From: Hydrurus foetidus
Taxonomy: Eukaryota
DNA length: 64,000 nt
Assembly (NCBI GenBank): GCA_900617105.1
Contig: UYFQ01000001.1
Span: 1,550,001 to 1,614,000, forward strand
Direction: 5' to 3'
Shown here: one piece after another, positions 59,052 to 64,000 of the stretch
How positions within the stretch are numbered: position 1 is the stretch's first letter
How the letters are laid out: every line of letters starts with the position of its first letter
Made by a program: the position numbers and the translations under genes
The notes under the pieces: generated by a model
What the model was told of the DNA's origin: nothing
The model's input: the letters and a program-made list of their open reading frames with translations, nothing else
The model's database searches: none

Positions 59052-60299
59052 TTACGCGCCAGCCAGGTTAGTGCGCCCAACCCGCTGCACATTCAGTGCG
59101 CTAACAATCAGCACCCCTTGCAGCAACGCCAAACCAAGCAACACGCTGCGGTATTGGCCGTTGTCCATCATCAAACCAAACAGCAAAGGCGCTGTGGCCT
59201 GGCCAATGTCGAGCCCGGCGTACACCACCCCATACACCCGGCCCGTGGCGTTGGCCGGTGTTGAACGCTTGACCAGCAAGTCACGCGACGGCCCTGCAAT
59301 GCCTGACGCAAAACCCATTGCACCAAACAGCGCCGGTACCACCCACGACCCCAAGCCGCCAAACTGCCCAAACGCCAACAGCACCGCTAAAGCCGCTGCG
59401 GCACTGAAAGCCATGGCAACAATCCGTTCGCAGCGCGACGGGTCGGCCGCCAAAAAGCCGCCCAGCACCATGCCACCCGCGCTTAGCAACATGTAAATCG
59501 TCAGGCAAGTAGCAACCAGGGCAACAGGCACGTTGTGCAGCTGGCGCGCGGCTTCTGGCGCAAACGCTTGCACCACACTTAATGCTGCGGCGTACCAAAA
59601 AAAGAAAGAAAAGCACATCCACACCGCCGGAATGCGCAAAAAAGCGAAGCTGCCGTCGGTTGGCTGGTCTGTCTTGGCGGCGGGCGCCTGGGGCAGTTGA
59701 AGTTTGCGGCGGTTCAGCACCAACAGCACCAGCACCGCTAACGCCAGCACGCCCGCAGCCGCCACCGCAACGCGCCACGAGTACGCGTAAGCAATCGGCA
59801 CCATCAATGCGGGCGCCAGCGCCCAGCCCAGGCTGCCCGTAATGCCGTGCACGCTGTAAGCATGGCCGAGCCGGTGGCTGCTGATCTTGCGGTTAAGCAG
59901 CGTGTAGTCCACCGGGTGAAACACGCCATTACCCGCCCCCGCCACCACAGCAAACGCCGCCATCATCCAGAAACTGGTGCTGGCAGCGTAGCCAAATGCA
60001 GCTACGCCTAAAAGCGTCAGGCCAGCAAACAAAATAGGGCGCGGGCCAAACCGGTCAACCCAAAAGCCTGACGCCGCTTGCACAGCGCAAGACACCACAA
60101 AAAACAGCGTCAGTAAAAAAGCGAGTTCGGTGTAGCTCACGCCAAACTCAATTTTCAGCAACGGGAACAGCGGCGCCAAAATCAACTGGCTGAAGTGGCT
60201 GATTAAATGGGCAATACCCACAAGGCCCATCACTTCAGCGTCGGGGCGCAGTGGCGTTTGTGTGGGTTGTTGCAGGGGAGCGGGGAAAACGACGGACAT
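59052..60299 (-). CDS. MFS transporter (Fsr-like)
   Basis: GFWVDRFGPR motif A, GVFHP, ~12 TM. Confidence 0.9.
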   Translation of the reverse strand: MSVVFPAPLQQPTQTPLRPDAEVMGLVGIAHLISHFSQLILAPLFPLLKIEFGVSYTELAFLLTLFFVVSCAVQAASGFWVDRFGPRPILFAGLTLLGVAAFGYAASTSFWMMAAFAVVAGAGNGVFHPVDYTLLNRKISSHRLGHAYSVHGITGSLGWALAPALMVPIAYAYSWRVAVAAAGVLALAVLVLLVLNRRKLQLPQAPAAKTDQPTDGSFAFLRIPAVWMCFSFFFWYAAALSVVQAFAPEAARQLHNVPVALVATCLTIYMLLSAGGMVLGGFLAADPSRCERIVAMAFSAAAALAVLLAFGQFGGLGSWVVPALFGAMGFASGIAGPSRDLLVKRSTPANATGRVYGVVYAGLDIGQATAPLLFGLMMDNGQYRSVLLGLALLQGVLIVSALNVQRVGRTNLAGA

Positions 60300-60383
60300 G
60301 GTTTATCGTAATTCAACTGCCGTCAAAATACATGGGCAGGCGGCACAATAACTCCATTGATACCGTTCCCGCCAAAAAGTAAT

Positions 60384-61781
60384 ATGCCGCCAACCCGCCC
60401 TGAACCTTCTAGCTCTGCCCTGCGCAATCAGCCCGCGACATCCATTCAAGGCAAATTCGTCACTGGCTCAACCCTCAAGCACGTTATCGGCATGACGGTG
60501 TCCGGCTCGGTCGGGTTGATTGCTGTGTTTGCAGTTGACTTGCTGAACCTGTTTTATATCTCCTTGCTCGGTCAAAAAGAATTGGCCGCAGCCGTGGGTT
60601 ACGCGGGCACGCTGCTGTTTTTTGTGGTGTCACTTTCAATCGGCTTGGCGATTGCGGTAAGTGCCCTCACCTCCCGCGCACTTGGCCGGGGCGACCGCGA
60701 CCAGGCCAAGCACATGGCCGGTGCGTCGCTGGTATTGATGGTCGGCAGCATGGCGCTGGGCTCGCTGGCGATCTACCCGTTAGTTGGCCAATTGCTCGGC
60801 CTTTTGGGCGCCACTGGTGTCACCGCGGAGCTGGCGCTGCGCTTCACGCACTGGGTGCTGCCGTCTGCGCCGCTGCTGGGCGCGGGCATGTGCATCAGCG
60901 CCCTGCTGCGGGCGCTGGGCGATGGTAAGCGGGCGATGTATGTCACGCTCAGCGCAGCCGCCGCAGTAGCGCTGCTTGACCCGCTGTTTATTTTTGTTTT
61001 TGGCTGGGGCCTGGACGGCGCGGCACTGGCCACCGGCACTGCACGTATCGTGATGGTGGGCGTTGGGCTGTACGGGCTGGTACGCGTTCACCACCTGCTG
61101 GCCTGGCCCACGCAGCATGAACTGCTGACCACTGCCAAACCGTTTTTCGCCATTGGTTTGCCGTCGATATTGACGCAGGTGGCCACGCCGGTGGGCAACG
61201 CTTTCGTTACCGCAGCCATTGCGCCGTTTGGCGACAGCGCCATTTCGGGCTGGGCCATCGTCGGGCGAATTATTCCGGTGGCGTTTGCCGCGCTGTATGG
61301 CTTGTCTGGCGCGGTCGGACCGATTCTTGGACAAAACCTGGGCGCAGGGCGATATGACCGGTTGCGCTCCACCATGATGGACAGCTTGAAAGTGGTGGTG
61401 GTGTACGTGCTGCTGACCTGGCTGGTGTTGGCGCTGCTCAGTGGGGTGATTGCGAACGCATTTGGCGCAACCGGTGAAGGACGCGAAGTCATCGTATTTT
61501 TCTGCCAATTCATTGCGGTCAGCTTCGTGTTTAACGGCGCTGTCTTTGTGGCCAATGCCGCTTTTAACAACCTCGGCTTTGCGCTGTATTCCACCGCGCT
61601 CAATTGGGGCCGGGCCACGCTCGGCGTAGTACCATTTATCTGGCTGGGTGGCCACTACTACGGTGTGAAAGGTGTGCTGGCCGGCTACGGTCTGGGCGTG
61701 GTGCTGTTTGGCGTAGTTGGTGTTTGGGGTTGCTTTAAGGCGCTGAAAACGCTCGAACTACGGGTTAAAAAGCCAGCATAA
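60384..61781 (+). CDS. MATE family efflux transporter
   Basis: ELAAAVG, LRALGDGK, LDPLFIF..GLDGAA, GQNLGA. Confidence 0.9.
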   Translation: MPPTRPEPSSSALRNQPATSIQGKFVTGSTLKHVIGMTVSGSVGLIAVFAVDLLNLFYISLLGQKELAAAVGYAGTLLFFVVSLSIGLAIAVSALTSRALGRGDRDQAKHMAGASLVLMVGSMALGSLAIYPLVGQLLGLLGATGVTAELALRFTHWVLPSAPLLGAGMCISALLRALGDGKRAMYVTLSAAAAVALLDPLFIFVFGWGLDGAALATGTARIVMVGVGLYGLVRVHHLLAWPTQHELLTTAKPFFAIGLPSILTQVATPVGNAFVTAAIAPFGDSAISGWAIVGRIIPVAFAALYGLSGAVGPILGQNLGAGRYDRLRSTMMDSLKVVVVYVLLTWLVLALLSGVIANAFGATGEGREVIVFFCQFIAVSFVFNGAVFVANAAFNNLGFALYSTALNWGRATLGVVPFIWLGGHYYGVKGVLAGYGLGVVLFGVVGVWGCFKALKTLELRVKKPA

Positions 61782-61782
61782 T

Positions 61783-61831
61783 TGCTACGCTATTCATAGC
61801 TTCTTGCGCCTGTATTAATTGGGCTATCGGC
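61783..61831 (+). repeat. 49-bp dispersed motif, copy 13 (intergenic)
   Basis: tgctac-gctattc-atagc-ttct-tgcgcc-tgtattaatt-gggctatcggc. Confidence 0.88.
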
Positions 61832-61876
61832 CATTTTTACCCTTAACATCAGTCTTCTTTGCCTTGTAGCTGCCCC

Positions 61877-62545
61877 ATGTGCTCACACTACCAAGCTGTT
61901 ACTGCGCTAGAGCGCTTTGAGCGCCACTTTCACACCCCGGCCCCTGCCTGCCCCAACCTCACAGACATGTGGCCCACCTACCCGGCAGCTGTGGTGCTGG
62001 CCCAGCTTGGTGATCGGCAGTCAGTTGCCGCCCGTTGGGGTTTGATTGCGGCATCAACCAAGGCGTTGAACCCCAAGCTGTCGACATTTAACGCGCGCAG
62101 CGAAAGCATGGCCACGGCCCCAACCTTCAGCGGTGCTTGGGCCAAAGGCCAGCGCTGCATTGTGCCGGCCGAGGCAATCTACGAGCCGGACTGGCGCAGC
62201 GGCCGCCACGTGCCAACCCGCCTGCAGCGCGCCGACGGCCAGCCAATGGGCATTGCCGGGCTGTGGGACTGCTGGGCAGCACCCACCGGCGAAGTGACGA
62301 TGAGCTTCACCATGCTCACCATCAACGCTGATGCACACCCACTGATGAAGCACCTGCACAAGCCACAAGACGAAAAACGCATGGTCGTTGTATTAAGCGA
62401 AGCGCACTATGACGAGTGGTTAAACCCGTCGACCACCGCCACTGCAGCCAATTACCAGAGGTTGCTGCAGCCCTACGCCGCTGACCAACTGACGGCCATT
62501 AGCGAACCCAGCCAAGCCACACTGGACAACCCCGAGTTATTTTAG
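61877..62545 (+). CDS. SOS response-associated peptidase (SRAP/YedK family)
   Basis: Met-Cys start, RWGL, FNARSE, RCIVPA, AGLW, H..KRM. Confidence 0.9.
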   Translation: MCSHYQAVTALERFERHFHTPAPACPNLTDMWPTYPAAVVLAQLGDRQSVAARWGLIAASTKALNPKLSTFNARSESMATAPTFSGAWAKGQRCIVPAEAIYEPDWRSGRHVPTRLQRADGQPMGIAGLWDCWAAPTGEVTMSFTMLTINADAHPLMKHLHKPQDEKRMVVVLSEAHYDEWLNPSTTATAANYQRLLQPYAADQLTAISEPSQATLDNPELF

Positions 62546-62567
62546 CGCCGAGAAGTTGACTCCGAAT

Positions 62568-62616
62568 TGCTATTTATTTAATAGCTGCTAGCGCCTGTAT
62601 TGATTGGGCTACAGGT
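62568..62616 (+). repeat. 49-bp dispersed motif, copy 14 (intergenic)
   Basis: tgctat-ttattta-atagc-tgct-agcgcc-tgtattgatt-gggctacaggt. Confidence 0.9.
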
Positions 62617-62653
62617 CAAATTAGGCTGTATTTTCGGTGCTTTTTCGTGTTTT

Positions 62654-63325
62654 TTACGGATTCAGCCACTGCATCGTGCAGCTGCTTTCCGGCGAGTCGT
62701 CCAACCAACTAAACGCCGCGCGACGCTGGCCGCGCGTGTGCAGGTGCAGCCATTCAAGCCGCTGCACAGCAACTTGCAGCACAGCAAAATGCGGCTCGGC
62801 CACTTGCAGCTCGGCAGGCTCGGGCTCACGGCCTTCCACCTGCGCAGGCAAGCCGCTGGTCGGACCGGCACTGATGCCGCCCGGCTGCGCGCCCAGGTAG
62901 CAGCGCAGCGAACTCGGGCGCGATGCAGCCCACCGCTGGTGGCTGACTGCATCGTTGGCATGCACGCTGGCCACACCGGCCACGCGCAACTGAGTCTTTC
63001 GGGCGGCATCATAAAAAGTGAGCGCCACGCGGTTATCAAGGGCTAGCTCAGGCAGCTTGGCGCTGCGCGTGTCGGTATGAAAAGTCAGCAGCCGCGCCAG
63101 CACGTCAGCCGCGCGCAGCACCAGCACCCGCGCCTGCGGGCCGTCTGCACTTTGCGTGGCAAACACGGGTGTGTGAAAGGCTGAGCGCCGGTCTTGTACA
63201 CCCCGGCCGATCATTTGCCAGGCAAACTTTAAAGTAGCAGCCAGGTCGTTGTGGTGGTCCGGGAAAGGCTCGTCGGCACGCTCGGCGGGTTGCAGTGGTT
63301 GCGTCGTTGGGGTTTGAATTTGCAT
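62654..63325 (-). CDS. Pyridoxamine 5'-phosphate oxidase-like FMN-binding protein
   Basis: PQARVLVLR, FHTDTRSAK, QLRV.G, WLNP. Confidence 0.85.
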   Translation of the reverse strand: MQIQTPTTQPLQPAERADEPFPDHHNDLAATLKFAWQMIGRGVQDRRSAFHTPVFATQSADGPQARVLVLRAADVLARLLTFHTDTRSAKLPELALDNRVALTFYDAARKTQLRVAGVASVHANDAVSHQRWAASRPSSLRCYLGAQPGGISAGPTSGLPAQVEGREPEPAELQVAEPHFAVLQVAVQRLEWLHLHTRGQRRAAFSWLDDSPESSCTMQWLNP

Positions 63326-63442
63326 CGTTTGAGTTTAGTTGGCTGGCCGACCGCTGGCTGGAAGGGCACAGCACTTTTTCCTACAAAAACCCGGCAAGCC
63401 TGCTGCTGGCAAAAGGGGCTGATGGCGCCTGTAATAGGTTGC

Positions 63443-64000
63443 ATGCCTCAAGTCATTCAAGTTAGCCAAACCAGTTCGAGCACTACTTCTACTGCAGGGT
63501 TAATTTCCGCGCGCTTGTCAAAGGCCTGGCACTGGCTGGATGCCGTGCTGGCTCCCACCGCCATGCCACCCGGCCCGCAGCCTGCCGAGCAAGGGTTGCA
63601 AGCCAGCGCAGTGCGTATACCCGCAGCCGACGGTTTGCAGTTGTTTGGCTGGTACGCCGCGTCAAACTTGCCAGGACCACGCCCAGCGGCAGTGCTGCTG
63701 CACGGCTGGGGCGGCAACGCCAGCAATTTGCTGCCCGCCGCCATCACGCTGCATGAAGCCGGCTACGCCGTGCTGCTGGTGGAGGCTAGAAACCACGGCC
63801 GCAGCGACCACGAAGGCCATTCGTCACTGCCCCGCTTTGCTGAAGATTTAGACAGCGCCATTGACTGGCTGGCCGCGCAACGCGGGGTAGACGCAGGCGC
63901 ACTGGTGGCCATGGGCCATTCAGTCGGCGCGGCGGCGGCGTTGCTGTCGGCATCACGGCGCAATGACCTGGCCGCCGTCGTCAGCGTGTCTAGTTTTGCC
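63443..64000 (+). CDS. Alpha/beta hydrolase (runs off window end)
   Basis: Hand translation: LLHGWGGN, ARNHGRS, GHSVG nucleophile elbow. Confidence 0.85.
   Translation, partial: MPQVIQVSQTSSSTTSTAGLISARLSKAWHWLDAVLAPTAMPPGPQPAEQGLQASAVRIPAADGLQLFGWYAASNLPGPRPAAVLLHGWGGNASNLLPAAITLHEAGYAVLLVEARNHGRSDHEGHSSLPRFAEDLDSAIDWLAAQRGVDAGALVAMGHSVGAAAALLSASRRNDLAAVVSVSSFA

Noticed and set aside
250..62616. 49-bp motif as a CRISPR repeat, integron attC, or KOPS-like polar site
   Set aside because: Copies are kilobases apart with no spacer array, cas gene or integrase; there are no GTTRRRY ends; orientation is 7:7 with no strand bias

Overview
Chromosomal window from a betaproteobacterium. Gene order and protein style point to Comamonadaceae (Polaromonas/Rhodoferax-like); this is inference. 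In order it holds: the fadH 3' end, an N-formylglutamate amidohydrolase and a LysR remnant, ahpCF, an iron block (bfr-bfd-tonB-hemP with Fur boxes and a possible 3'-derived sRNA), SIMPL/ompR-envZ, ispDF and mfd. Between mfd and serB is an accessory defence island: vapBC, a diverged mod 5' stub, then a tightly coupled ABC-type ATPase + PD-(D/E)xK nuclease + type III mod-res run. Next come phoD, a cobamide salvage cluster with two divergent TonB receptors under two identical cobalamin riboswitches, zapB-zapA-6S RNA, a tctCBA/FAH/PanE-like/acyl-CoA ligase operon (oxalate-like), rraA, a SWIB protein, sbtAB and housekeeping/transport genes. Two signals stand out. (1) An ungapped 49-bp bipartite palindromic motif occurs 14 times, and half of the copies are read in frame inside genes. 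(2) The ATPase-nuclease pair is wired into the type III R-M operon and is a candidate new anti-phage guard system. All calls come from reading motifs by eye; no database searches were run.
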